A stretch of 64,000 bases of DNA, taken from assembly GCA_043228905.1 (NCBI GenBank), contig JBHGNT010000018.1:6510001-6574000 (forward strand), given 5' to 3'. This DNA comes from Azolla caroliniana (taxonomy: Eukaryota > Plantae > Polypodiophyta). Of the stretch, positions 12,758 to 26,200 are shown piece after piece (within the stretch, counting starts at the first letter, position 1; each line of letters opens with the position of its first letter). The notes below the pieces were generated by a model. It was not told the DNA's origin, ran no database searches, and was given only the letters and a program-made list of their open reading frames with translations. Position numbers and translations under genes: made by a program.

Positions 12758-15700
12758 TGGTTGGCTGCTTCTTACTGCTACACGTGATCACCGCACTTCC
12801 CAATGAGAATGCGTATCTAGATGTGGATCTACGATCATGGGCGTTTCCGGCCCAATTAGCATCTGTGTAGCCGACTAAGTACTCGGCTACGTCTGCACGA
12901 TACAACAACGCCATGTCTTTTGTGCCACTTACATATCGTAATATCCTTTGCGTGCACGGAAGGCGTTCGGTTGTGGGTTACGATATAAATTGACAGATCC
13001 TTCCGACCGGATAGCTGAGGTCCGGCCGAGTGATCGTCAAGTAGATGAGGGTTCCGACAATCTGGCGAAACCGTGTCGGGTTGCACGCCTTTCCCAAATC
13101 TCGGCGAAGCTTTACGTTTCTATCCAGAGGGGTCGACATGGGCTTACAATCTGCCATCCTGAACTTGAAGAGCATATTTAGTGCGTAATGACGTTGGCTG
13201 ATCAATATGCCTTCGGGGGAACGGATCCATGTCGTCCTTGCCGAACGAATAACGATGAGTCCGATTTGGACGTCGTAAACCCCATTCTATGCAACTGTTG
13301 TGTAATCTTCGCGCTCCAAGCTCGCGGGGCTTGCTTAAGGTTGTATAATGCCTTCTTCAATCGGCAGACTGCCGAAGTGTTATGTTCGGATAGAAATCCA
13401 GGGGGTTGTACCATGTACACATGTTCCTCAAGATCACCTTGCAGGAACACATTCTTTACATCAATCTGATGTAGATGCCACCCCTTCGCCGCAACTACGG
13501 CTAACAGAACTCACACGGCAGTCATCTTCACGACTGGTACGAAGGTCACGTCGTAGTCTACGTCGTGCTTCTACGCATAGCGTTTCGCAACCAAATGGGC
13601 TTTATATCGGTTGACAGAGCCATCGATGTTGTATTTCACCTTATACACCCATCTACATCCGATCGGCTTTACACCTTTTGGTACGTCAACCAGATCCCAA
13701 GTCTTATTGTCCATTAAAGATCGCGGCACGCCAATTGGCGTCTCTCGCCGCTTCTGCGTAGTTCTCCGGCTCACGCACTTCCGCCACTCGTGTCATGTAC
13801 GCGTAATGATGCGCCATGTATTCATTGTATCCGTACCTCGTTACGGGGTTCTTCAGGCAGGTAGATCGGCGTAATTCGTGATTACCCGATTTCACGACCT
13901 TTTCAGTCGATTTCGACCCCTTCCATGGAGGTTCCTTCTCGATAGGCCGGAAGTAAGATTCGCTTCGATCTGAAACGGCAATGCCGAAATCATAGTCTGA
14001 CATTTTCTTCTTCCCTTTTTCAGACTGTAAGGTTTTTCACCTTCAAGAACCACGTGAAGGATTCGCTCCTTTTTACGATCAAGCACGCCCAGGTATGCTG
14101 AGTGAAGTCATCAATGAAGGTTACTAAGTAATGGCTTCCACCGAGACTCACGTTCTGTGCCGGTCCCCACACATCCGAACAGATAAAATCCAACGGATTT
14201 CAACTACGATTACGCTCATTGGGGAATGGAAGTCGGTGCAGCTTCCCGAGTTGGGGAGGCTTCGCAGACTTGGCCATTACGGCCCCGAAGTTTCGGCAAG
14301 CCGAAAACAATGTTCTTCGTCAACATTTCACAAAGTTGTGGGAAGTTAATGTGGCCGAACCGCTTGTGCCACAGGTCGATGTTTGACTCGACCTTCTATC
14401 CTTTCGCGAATAGCGCGGTTCCAGCTTGATTGGTGTCGAGGGTAAACATCCTCCCTTCACGGCGTCCTTGTGCAATAACTTTTCCTTCCTCTTCGATGTA
14501 GCACCCGAGGTGCGTGAATCGAACTTGCAACCCCTAGTCGACGATTTGTCCGACCGACACCAAGTTCTTGGTTATTTTCGGGGTGTGCAACACGCTCATA
14601 AGTTTCCCTTTCTGCCCAACGTGGCTGAGAGAAACATCTCCGACATGTTCGATGGTATGCGGAGTGTTGTCTCTCGTTTCGACTACTCCTTGCTTTTCCG
14701 GTTTCTCCAAATACCAGAACCATTCCTCATGACTCGTCATATGATTTGACGCTCCGGAATCAACATACCACACATTGCTTGATTTCGAGGTGTTCACGAC
14801 CATTGAATTGGCCTTGTGCTTCATCACGAAGGCTGGGCCCGATCCATTTCTGGCTCGTTCAGAGCCTTCGGCATAGTGCGATTTTTGACGCCTTCCTGCT
14901 TCTCTTCCGCTTGAGTCGGCTTTGTTCGAATCTGCTGTCATCTTCCAACACTCGCTCTCCCTGTGGCCTTTCTTTTCAGAATACCAACATTTTGTCACGG
15001 TGTTCTCTTGCCAGCTTCCGGCACCACTGTGACTCCCCCTACTTCCAAAGGGTTCATAATTGCTTCCACAATTTCGATTATGCCGAACGTTTTGCTCTTT
15101 TCGGCTCCCTCCATTGCGCGCTGATCCGCCTCGTCCGCCACGACTACGGGGCCTATCTTCCTCCATGTACAACATCTTGTTGTCAGTGTGCGTACTCGTT
15201 GACGCACCCACGTGATTTTCCTCCACGAGCAACATTGACTAAAGCTCGAAGAATGAAGGCGTAATCTCCCTTGTGTAGACCGCCATTCGGAACGCTCCGA
15301 ACTTTGACACTAACCCACCAAGACAAACATGCACCATTTCTTCCTCCTAGATGTTCACGTTGACTAAGGTGAGAGAATCACAGATCTCCTTGATTCAGGC
15401 CATGTAATCGGCCACAGATAGATCTTTCTGTCGGACATTGCTGAGCTCCTACCTGAGTTGCAACTTCTTGGCCATTGTGCTAGCGGTGAAAATCCTCTTG
15501 AGATTCGCCCACGCGTCATTTAGCGTCCCGAATGTAGCTCAAGAGCTAGTCACTCACACATGATGTGAAGTAGTAAAGAACTCTGCTTGCCGCTTGTTCC
15601 CAAGCCGAAAAGTCTCTATGTGTCGATTCGGGTGTTGCATCATTAGCTCCATCCACATAAGTCCAGTAGCCATAACCAAGCAGGTACTGGTGCATCTTGT

Positions 15701-16281
15701 ACCACCAAAATGTGTCGTTGCTCCTATCGAGCTTCTCAGTCGGTAGCAAGCTTCTGATTCCTCTATCCATATTGATGACTTAACCTTTCCGAATAACAAT
15801 AACCTACCGAGTCTTTATCGCAAGCTTTTCTGTCGGCTGTAGAGGAGTCTCAACCCTCGCACTCTAATACCATGAAAAGAATACGTGTGCGGAAGCGTAT
15901 GCATAAAAACACAGAGTACACGGTTCGGTAGTACGATAGTTTGGTGAAACACAGAAATCACAAAGAAAGTGAGGGAGAGAGAGAGAGAGCAGAAACTACA
16001 AACTAGATTCAAAATAATTCTTTGTATGTTCTCTGTACATATTTCTTGCTCAGTGAGCAACTTTTATACAAGCCCTGACTATCGGGTTGACACAAGTACT
16101 GATAGTACTTGACCGCTCATAAATGAGCCTTCTCCACTAACTCCCAAAACTATTCCTTACGAGGAATAACGTTATAATGGCCTTTCGGTTTAAATACCAC
16201 CATGACCATATTTTGCGTATGGTTTTACGCACCCAGTCTACGTACTAGGTTACGTACCCGTTTACACACCCAATGTTGAGC
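12758..16281 (-). mobile_element. Internally deleted Copia family A relative (5' LTR ~15873-16281, PBS 15861-15872, gag, PR, partial IN, RT, RH start)
   Basis: MDRGIRSLLPTEKLD; WYVDSGASNHM; KPIGCRWVYKVK; ITRPDLSYPVG; YTDANWAG. Confidence 0.88.
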
Positions 16282-16289
16282 GTTATACA

Positions 16290-16532
16290 GGGTCTATGAT
16301 AGTTAATCATTTGTTGACATCTTGGCAAAATATGTTGGATTTTGTGGAATGGCATCCCCCACAAGATAGGGGATGTGCCAATTCATTACAAATGGAGGTT
16401 TTGGCAACATCAAGGTTGTTGAGGTGGGAAGGTAAACAAATTCTTAACCTCCAATTTAATCGGATGGCTAGATTGGGTTTGGTAATAGTTAAGGATGCAA
16501 TGTTGGTTTCACAAAGAAGAGTAATGGCTTTT
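16290..16532 (+). mobile_element. Probable L1 ORF2 fragment (post-RT region)
   Basis: AT-rich Trp-containing ORF similar in composition to the flanking L1 pieces; no diagnostic motif. Confidence 0.4.
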
Positions 16533-17390
16533 TGTAAAAGAATATGTTGTGCGGAAGTGTGTGCATAAGCACAGAGTACACAGTTCGGAGGAATAAGATC
16601 ATTTGGTAAAATACAGAAAACACAAAGATGGAGATGGAGATGGAGAGAGAGAGAGAGAGAGAGAGCAGACAATAGAAAACTTAGATTCAAAATAATGACT
16701 CTCTGTGTACATACACCGTGCTCAGTGAGCACCTTTTATACAAGCCCTGGCAATCAGGCTAACACAAGTACTGACAGTACTTGACGCTCATAAATGAGCC
16801 GCTACACTCCCTCCCAAAATTATTCCTTTCGAGGAATATCTTTCTAAAGGCCTCACGGTTTATGCACCGCTACGGCCTATTGTGCGTACGGTTTTATGCA
16901 CCCAGTTTACGCATTGGGTTACGTACCCGATTACGCACCGAATGTTGAGCTTGTCTCTCAACACTCCCCCTCCAGCTGAACTTGAGGTTCCTTCCATTCT
17001 TCCGGATCTACGCTCCCGTTCCTTCTGGCTTCATACCTCAACCCGTTCGATTCCGCGCGCTTCGACCCTTCCGATCGGCTTGTCTGCTTGTTCGGCCCTT
17101 CTTAGGTCCCTTGCTGTCGCAGTGTCAGCGCATCCTTCGCTGCCCTTTTCTCCGCATGGCCTTCAGTTGATTCGGCGTATCCGAATCGAACACTTCCGAT
17201 TCAATTCCACTCTCATCCGAATTGGTTGTCTCTAATTCATCTCTTGTCTTTAGGCCTTTGACAACTTCCGACCACGTCTTCGTCTTGGTCTTATCTCCCC
17301 CTGATTCAGCTGTCTTTGACTCTTCCCTACGATTATGGCCGTTGCTCTTTTCTTCAGCTTCTTTAGCCGACCTGAAATCAAATTCTTCCT
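16533..17390 (-). mobile_element. Copia family A 3' end: Pol tail, PPT 16964-16975, 3' LTR 16533-16963
   Basis: LTR homologous to family A; tail motifs KTKTWSEVVKGL and SRQADRKGR. Confidence 0.88.
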
Positions 17391-18195
17391 CCATCGCCAA
17401 ATGCCATGTGGCTGAATCGGCAAATGCCGATGCTTCTTCATAAGACGTCGGTTCGCTGGTGTCCGTAAAGAAAATTCCAGGAGAGTACCTCTCCGGAGGT
17501 TGCGACAGTCTCTCAGATCTGCGAGGTATGACTGGACTAGTGGAACCGGGTGTCAATGTCGGATGGTCGAGAGCCGAGCCATTCGGTTGTGCAGAATCGG
17601 TGGATTTGGTGCGAGAGTTGTCGGTTACCCGTGAAACCGATCTCGTGTTGTGGGTTGGCACTTCGGAAAATATTACCCTTCGGACTTCAATAGGCCTTTC
17701 GGTCGTTTTATGCATAGTTGACTCGTTGAACATGACGTCCGAACTTCGGACGATTTGTCTGTGCTCGGGGTCCCAGAGTCGGTATCCGATATCGTCGTCA
17801 GGTCCATATCCAAGAAAAACACATTTCCTTGACCTTGGTTCAAGTTTCCGGTGGTCGTCTTTCGGTATGAGAGCATATGCCTCGCAACCGAATATCCTCA
17901 GTTTGTCATAATTCGGCTTACTGCTGGTCCATATTTCTTGAGGTATTTGAAGTCCTAGAGGTCTACTTGGCGACATATTTATTATGTGTACTGCCGTAAG
18001 TAGAGCCTCCGCCCAGAAGCCATCCGACAGTCCGGAGTGTTGGAGCATGGATACTATGCATTCTTGAATCGTCCGATTCATGCGTTTAGCAATTCTGTTC
18101 TGCTCCGGGCTATAGAGTGTCGTATATTCACGTCGAATGCCTCGTTCCTAGCAGAATTTGACGAATTCTTCATACTTGAATTCTCCTCCATTGGG
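17391..18195 (-). mobile_element. Tork/Tnt1-like Copia integrase-to-RT linker fragment
   Basis: MNRTIQE..FWAEALLTAVHIINMSPS..FGCEAYA..KCVFLGYG..EPTSYEEA. Confidence 0.85.
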
Positions 18196-18434
18196 GACAA
18201 GGCCGTCAATGCGGAAGTGCAAAGCAAGATAGACATAGAGGGAGAGAGAAAGAGAGAGAGGCACAAAGGAAATGTTATATTCTAATAGCAACAGTTACAA
18301 ATGACAACCAACCTTCACTAAAGGTTACAAAGTCAGTTTATATAGTGACTATCCTAGGGCAATTTCCCTTTATGCTATTTACAGAAATAGCCTGAGACAG
18401 TGTGAATACGGCCATTATATACTCGTATTCAACA
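18196..18434 (-). repeat. Probable LTR fragment of another family
   Basis: Minus strand begins TGTTGAA, with TATATAAA and a CT-rich tract; no partner in the window. Confidence 0.45.
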
Positions 18435-20037
18435 CGGTTAGTGGCGAAGGGATACACACAAACCCACGGAATCGACTACAACGAGACCTTCGCTCCGGTA
18501 GCAAAGATGACGCCAGTTCGTATGGTATTGGCAGTTGTTGTGGCAAGGGGAGGGCATCTTCACCAAATGGACGTGAAGAATGCGTTTCTTCAAGGTGACC
18601 TTCAAGAACGAGTCTATATGATCCAACCCCTCGGTTTCCAATCAGAGATGAACAAGTCGACAATGTGCCGACTCAGAAAGTCACTTTACGATCTGAAGCA
18701 AGCCCCTCGAGCTTGGAATGCGAAGATCACATACCGGTTGCATAAGATGGGGTTTGCAGCCTCAAAGTCCGACTCTTCATTGTTCATCCAGAACGGTTCA
18801 GACGGTCCGGTTTGCATTTTGCTTTGTGTAGATAATTTAGTCATCACCAGACCCAGACTCATTGAAATTGGCTGAGTGAAATCTGAGCTGTCGGACGCAT
18901 TTGAAATGAAGGCCTTGGGGGATCTTCATTATTATCTTTGGATCGAGGTGATCCGAACCCCCAATGGCATATTTCTCTCACAACGCCATTATGTGTTGAA
19001 TATGTTGTACAAGTTCGGCATGACTAAATGCCGACCGATCTCCACACCCCTGGACTAAAACCTGAAGCTACGTCTTGACTCCGGCCCGGCCTGCGATGAG
19101 AAACGGTTCGGACAAATTATCGAAAGCCTCATATACTTGACAATCACTCGACCCGACATCAGTTACCCGGTCAGAGTGATCAGCCAGTTCATGCAGAAGC
19201 TGACCTCGAGCACCTTTAGTGCGCACACTGGATACTCCGGTATGTTAGTGGCACGAAGGACCGGGGACAGTTATATCGACACGGTATAGCTGGGAAGCTA
19301 GTCGGATATACCGATGCCGATTGGGCTAGTGATGCATCAGATCGCCGGTCCACCTCCGGTTACATGTTTTCTCTTGGTTGTGCGGTTGTTACGTGGAGCA
19401 ACAAAAAGCAGCCAAGAGTGGCTCTATCGAACACTGAGGCTGAATACCGGGGCGCTACCATTGCCACCTATGAAGCCATCTGGCTTTGGCGACTGCTACG
19501 AGACCTCTAGATCGAGGTGACGACCCCAATCTTGATCCACTATGACAACGTAAGCAGCATAAAGCTCACCAAGAATCCTGTATTCCAGGCTCGTACAAAG
19601 CACATACAAGTGCATTATCACTTTGTTCACAAGCAGGTCCTGAGTGGTGAAGTTGAACTTCGGTATGTTTACACGGATCGGCAGGTTGCCAACATCTTCA
19701 CCAAATCGCTCGGATCGGACAAGTTGTAGCATTTTTCAGAGATGCTCGGCGTTCAGCATCTCGATGTGCCGCACTTGAGGAGGAGAATAGGAATGGGAAC
19801 GAATGGCACCAGACAAGGAGCCGGAGAGGAAGAAAAAACCAAGGTGGGAGACGAGCAAATAAAGGAAGCGGAGCCAACCGAAGGGGTCGGCACATCCGAA
19901 CAAGTCGGAGCAAGGGGCAGCGGCAATAGAGTCAAGAAGGACAGAGCGGACCAGAAGAAGACCAAGACCCGAACATGGTCCAATGTGGTGAAGGGCCTAA
20001 AAACGGAAGACGAGTTGGTGAATTGAGTTTATGTTCT

Positions 20038-20072
<35 letters not shown>

Positions 20073-20181
20073 CTCTCCCACACGTATTCTCTGTGTTAAG
20101 TTCTCCATTAAACCTTTTGTCTTTTTTTTTGCTATCCGGCTGAGTCAGTTTGTCGAACGCTTCCGCACGCTAACTTTCACA
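18435..20181 (+). mobile_element. Copia family A relative: RT-RNase H-tail and partial 3' LTR (~20022-20181)
   Basis: RLVAKGYTQTHGIDYNETFAPV; QARTKHIQVHYHF; KTRTWSNVVKGL; LTR end CTTCCGCACGCTAACTTTCACA. Confidence 0.88.
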
Positions 20182-20688
20182 ATGTTTGTGAAGAAATTTG
20201 ACGGAGGCGACTTCCTGATACTCCTACTGTATGTGAATGACATGTTGATCGTCGGACCAGACCGAACCAAAATCAAGAATCTGAAGAAGGCCTTGAACCG
20301 GACCTTCTCAATGAAATATTTGGGCGTGGCAAGATAGATACTGGGGATGCACATAATCCAGAACCGGTCGAAGTAAGTGTTATGGCTATCACAAGAGAAG
20401 TACGTGACAAAGGTGCTCCAAAGGTTTAATAGGACAAATGCGAAACCGGTCGGGGTCGACACTTCCGACAAATTGCAACTTGTTTGGAAAGCAGAGCCCG
20501 AAGACAAAGGCAGAGAAGTCGAATATGATGAAGATACCATATGCCTATGCTATTGGAATCTTGATGTTTGTGATGGTGTGCACCCTACTAGATATCAGAT
20601 ACGGAGTCAGAGTAGTAAGCCAATTCATGAGCAACCTAGGAGGAGAACACTGGACTACGGTCAAGTGGATACTCCGGTAGTTGAAAGG
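20182..20688 (+). mobile_element. Tork/Tnt1-like Copia RT C-terminal fragment
   Basis: FVKKFDGGDFLILLLYVNDMLI..WLSQEKYVTKVL..HWTTVKWILR; close to 35356-35858. Confidence 0.9.
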
Positions 20689-20828
20689 TGTTAGGAAACG
20701 GGTCCCTCCAGATGAGAAGAGAAGAGCTGAGTTAATGAGAAACCGAAATCATGTAGACAACCAACTCGGAAGACTATACTTGTAAATAGTCTAAATATGC
20801 CCTTATGGGCTACACTTGTAAATAAACC
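20689..20828 (+). repeat. Truncated LTR start related to the 31604 LTR family
   Basis: TGTTAGGAAACGGGTCCCTCCAGATG vs TGTTGGGATTACGGTCCCTCCGGATG; GGCTACACTTGTAAATA vs GGCTATATTTGTAAATA. Confidence 0.6.
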
Positions 20829-22400
20829 AAGGGATTTGGCGTCTCTATTTGTAGTATCTCTAGGAATGTTCATTAAACACAACTTCATTTATTCATGGCA
20901 AGCCCATCCGTTTAAGACTTACATATCTGATTTTCCAAATGATGTAGTAGTCTTAGTAGTAGATTTCGCAGAGAATTATACTTTCAAGTAGCAAAATGAA
21001 ATTCAATCTATGCATTGGTGTTCAGTGCAGGTAACCATTTTTGTGCAAATAACATATTTTCGAGTTTCAGGTGATGCTAAAAAAGTAATTCATTTTTCTA
21101 TTTCTGATGATAAGAAGCATGATACCTTGTTCGTCGAACATTGTTTTAACTTACATTAGCATTGGTTATTAGCTAAACGTTAGGATCTTACTCAACATTG
21201 GGTCTGGTCTAATGGAGCTGCATCACAATTCAAGGCTAGACGTCCATTTTATTTTGTGGGGAAGTATCCTGTTATAACAGGTTTGGAGATGAGATGGAAT
21301 TTTTTTGGATCTGTCCATGGTAAAGGTAAACATGATGGTGCAGGTGTTGTTATAAAGCAGGCACTTACCCATGATACCTTGTTCGTTGAACATTGTTTTA
21401 ACTTACATTGGCATTGGTTATTAGCTAAATGTTAGGATCTTAATCAACATTGGGTCTGGTCTGATGGAGCTGCGTCACAATTCAAGGCTAGACGTCCATT
21501 TTATTTTGTGGGGAAGTATCCTGCTATAACAGGTTTGGCAATGAGATGGAATTTTTTTGGATCTAGCCATGGTAAAGGTGAACATGATGGTGCAAGTGTT
21601 GTTATAAAGCAGGCACTTACCCATGAACAACTAAAGGCAGATGGTGTGCAGATGAATTGTGCAACACATGTAGTTCAATTTTTAAGAGGTAATATGTCAA
21701 TGAGTGCAACTGGTGTTTATTCCTCGCAGTTCCGAGATATCAAATGTGAATTTTGGGAAGTGAAGATAGATGAAGTAAATAGGGAGAAGACCTGGGAGTG
21801 CCAAGGAATTCCCGAATTGCGATCTCTCCATGTTTGCAGTTATTGTAGGTTGGATGGTCATTTTATTGCGGTTAGAGAATTAACTTGTTTTTGCTTCCAT
21901 TGTGTGTAGGGAAATTGGAGGTATTGTTTAAACAAATCATATATTCAGAATTGGGAGTATCATTCATTGAACGATAAGGAAGCAGTTGATGGAGAAACAG
22001 AAAAGAATGTTGACTTCACATATTAAGGACGTGGAGATACTCTGAGTGATGTTTTAAATGTTGCAGATAATTTCATTGTAAATGCATAAGAAAGCAATTC
22101 AAAGGGTGTTGATTTCTATATATTGAAGTGCATGGTTAATAAACAGTGTGCAACGCAAAATATATTAGATGCTTGGGGAAATGTTGTATCTACTGGGACA
22201 TTCTACATCGAAGGTATTTTTTATGTAGGACTAAATGATTACGATTATGTCATAGGCTATTAGAAGACCAACCAGTGGTGTACATGTACTCTCATTTGGT
22301 CAGGTGCATCAATGTCCCAATGTCGCAATACAATAGATGCTTAGGTTTATACACAGTTAGTGCTAATGTGTATGAATGTATTTACAACAGTATGTCATGC
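20829..22400 (+). pseudogene. DNA-transposon DDD transposase pseudogene, Sola(2)-like, 5' truncated
   Basis: VDFAENY (DFAENY at 20962-20979), EIQSMHW, SDDKKHD, WSDGAASQFK, WNFFGSSHGKGEHDG, then C-terminal RELTCFCFHC. Stops present. Superfamily assigned from motif recall only. Confidence 0.7.
21118..21626 (+). repeat. 252-bp in-frame tandem duplication within the transposase
   Basis: CATGA at 21118, 21370 and 21622; copies differ by scattered substitutions. Confidence 0.92.
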
Positions 22401-22894
22401 AATTTGTAGCTACAAGTAGAAATTACCAATTTTCTTGTAAAACAAACAAAGCACATGTATTGCAAAGAAATAGTTTAATGGAGCTGTTTCGGAGTTTTTT
22501 ATTATTATATACAGACTGCTTTTTGTGCTTCTTTCTCAATAAAATCATGTGTCCTTTTTATATACAGTCTTCTTTCTGATATACAGTTTAATAATATCGT
22601 TTAGGGTTCTTCTTTCTGAGTACAGATTTACTCAAGTGAACCATGTACTAGTTAAAATAGTTTGCATAATTTTAAGAAAAAGCACTATCATGAAATCAGC
22701 AATCCTAAACATACTCTTAAAATTAAACAGTAGATAAGTTACTCAAAACAAGTAATTTAATTCTTCATTGATTAATCTGTCATCTAATTACAAATTTATA
22801 ACATCCCATTGCCAATGTCTTAAAATGGCCTATAAACAACTGAGCTCTTGTTGGTTAGTGGAACTTCTCTACATATATGATCTGTATACTGAGT

Positions 22895-23294
22895 TCAGTA
22901 TGGAGTCCACAACCATGTAGCAAGTTGGCAGCTCAATGTTTTCACCAAGTAGTGTCGGGTAGAATGAGACAACATTATAATCTGGCCAAGTGGCCAAAAA
23001 ATCAGAAAGTCCCTCCTTGGTGTCATATATCGCACACTCATTAGGACTTTATCAAGCTCCAAGATCAAGGCTCTTCTTTCGACTTCTAATCGTTTAGGTT
23101 TGCATTCCTGTAACTGAGCCTCTGTTACACAAATTGCTAGTAGCACACGATCAATTTCAATCAACTCAACTTCTGTCGGCACAGTTGGTGTCCTTTTCCT
23201 CTTCAAACCCCTGGTCAACTGTGTTGGGCCTGGCTTCACATTCTGGTGCTCTTGTATTGTCGACCTAGTCATTAGCTCGGTGCATGTAGATACT
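22895..23294 (-). pseudogene. 3' part of a degenerate gene of unknown function; continues at 52035 once the nest is removed
   Basis: Joining 52035 to 23294 reads in frame: ..TNDLIF*VDVVCDTIGLISTRSVSTCTELMTRSTIQE.. Confidence 0.55.
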
Positions 23295-25869
23295 TGTTGA
23301 GAATCAAGATCAACCTAGTCTAGTGTGTGAACACACCCTTGAGAGTGTGCACTCAAAGGTCAAAAGTCACCACTCTTATCTACACATTAACTATTTATCA
23401 TAGAATCATATTCTATGACCCATAACTAATGAGTTTTCACATTCCCCATGACCCATGAGCTTCGATAGTTAATGAAGAGAGAGAGTGACTATATAAAGCA
23501 CTCTCCTCCTACTTTGTAATTATTTCAGTTAATCTCCTTCGTAATATACATCATCTTGACTATTCTATTGTTGGTTAAAAATCTATCTATCTTGTGTTTC
23601 TCTCTCTCTCTCTCATACTGTTAAGGATCTATGTATCGATGGAGTAAGCTCCTTGATGTCGTGGCGGGATTCGGACCGGCGTATACCCTCTTGATGGCGA
23701 ATCGGGCGGAGATGGTTGTTGGATACCTCCGAGCCTCACACTCACTCAACGATTAGTAAATGATTAAGCACGATATCTCTCTCACTCTCTCAAGCTCTCT
23801 CTCATAGACAATAGATTAATGGATATAGACAATAAGAGGCAAGAGTATGTCTATTATTAACCCTCTTTGCTAAGAGGTCTAGCACCAACAAGGAGAGAGA
23901 TTAGTGTTCTCTAACTCAACACTTCACTAATCTCTCTTAAGCTCAAAGGTTACAAGAAAGAGGAGAGGAAGCTCTAGCTATAATCAATAGGAGATCTTTA
24001 CAAATGGGAGAACCCCCACAAAGCCACTACTATGTGGTTTATATAGCTTTCATGTTTAGGGTATGGGCCTTTCACATTTGGCCGTCTCTTTGCTTTCCTT
24101 TCCTCTTGCCATTTCCTCTTCATACTACGTCCTTGTTGATGCGTTCTTATTCGTGACTGGTTGTGCTGTTATCCCAATGCTTAACATCCCCCCCAACCTA
24201 ATCAGTGCACACTCCCGGGTGCACTGTGGGAGGGGAGCTTCAGGCGTCGAGGACGAGTAGAATTCAGTAGGGGGGTTCATCGGGGGGCGGGTGGCGGTGG
24301 AGATGATGGCGATGACGACGGATGTTCAGTGGTGGTAGCCGGATTTCCTGCAGTTGGTCGGTTGTTGTGAAGAAATCTTTCTTGGGGTCGGTGAGCCAGG
24401 TGCAGGTGTTGTGGCCGGTGAAGGGAGAAGGGGGGTTTCGACTAAAGCTTATGTAAGCGAGGAAAAAACGCGTGTCGATCATGGTTTCAAAATCCCGTTT
24501 GTAGGTTGCGGGGAGTATGTTGACACGGGTCCAGAGGCCGACCAGTTTCCGGCGAGTTGGACCTTTGTTCAAATCGAAGGCGAGGCCCCACGTTGGGTGG
24601 TTGTGTCGTTGGAAGGGGAGGCTTCGTACGGGCTAGAGTCAAGGAGAATGAGTAGAAGTTGGAGAAAACGAAGGCGGGCTTGAATGTTAGGGTCGGGGAC
24701 GTCGAGGTATGTACGTAGGAATCGTCGCATGACCCGGATCATGTCGGGTTCGGTCGGGGATGTGTGCAGGGGTCGGGGGAATAACGACTAGTTGAATTGA
24801 AGGGTGGGTAGGCGTGCCTGGGCGGCGCAAAAATCGGGCCATGGCCAACGACGAGGAAGGGGAAAAAAGGTGGGATTGGTGCGCAGCTGGGGGGGTGGAG
24901 GGCGAGCCATTCGCGGAAGGATGTGTGTGCGAACCAAGGGAGACGCCATGGGGGTTGGTGTTATGTACACATAACGTTGGTGAGGGTAGGTCACTAATAT
25001 TTACATTAGTGAAGGGTATGTTCACTATTATTAAAAAGGGGACTAATGATTGGATAGAATGAATGATATGTGCATGCACTATCATGATTTAGACAACCAA
25101 TGAATAGAGAGCCTTTTAGAAAGGCACATCTATTCAAGGGGCCTAGGAAAAGGTATAAATATGAGGCTTAGCTACCCTCATAGGGATCATCACGTCGGAA
25201 GGCTGCTGTCATAGACACCGGTGGTGCGGGCTAGGCTTTCGTCTCGACGATCGTGTTTATCTCTTCCAAGGTATTAGTCATCCTAATATCCAGCGGTATG
25301 GGACGTCGGTGGTAGGTTGGCTATGTCTAGATCATAGCTCGGGGGTGGTCGGGTGGAACGGGTTCTTCTATCCAATCTATTTTCTTCCTTTTTACTTGAT
25401 TTGGTCTATTGATTAGTAATAGACTCTTAACAGTGGTATCAGAGCTTTTACTAACAATTTTTTTGTTGTTTTGATGTTTTTTGCGTGTGAGCGAGGGGGA
25501 TCTAACAAGGCTCGTCATGCTCTTCTCAGGATCAAAACAACACTCTAAACCCGATATTCTTCTTTTTTGATCTCTTCTCTTTTTCTATTATGCGTTCTTT
25601 ATGGTCGAATCAAATTGGTATTACGTTTTATTCTCTTTCTTTCTACCTCCTACTACGCTACGATTTTACTTATTATTATGCATCGGGCCGAGCGTGTTTG
25701 CACTAATCGCACACGCTCAACTCATGGCCTTTTGCATATTGCGATATATATCCCACTCTCTCCTCTCTTGAACTCTTACGATAATAATTATTCTTGTGCA
25801 TTGGGTCGAGCGTGTTTGCTCTAATCGCACACGCTTATCTCATGGCCGTTTTGCATATGATGTTGAGTA

Positions 25870-26200
25870 TACCACTCTTCCTCTCTATTGAGCCATCACT
25901 TGGCCGATTCTAAGGGATGATGTGGCCTTGACAAGGTGTATGTTGCCTACCTATGCCACTCTACTCTCTATTAAGCCATCAATTGGCCGATTCTATGGGA
26001 TGTTGTGGCCTTGACAAGGTATATGTAGCTTACATATGCCACTTTCCTTTTTAATTAGCCATCAATTGGCCGATTGTAAGGGATGATGTGGCCTTGACGA
26101 GGTATATGTCACTTACCTATGCCACTTTCCTCTTTAATTAGCCATTACTTGGCCGATTCTAGGGATATGTGGTGGTCTTGAGGAGGTGCATGTCAACTAC
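25870..26200 (+). repeat. ~83-bp tandem repeat x4 in the chromovirus 5' leader
   Basis: TTGGCCGATT recurs near 25900, 25983, 26066 and 26149. Confidence 0.85.
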
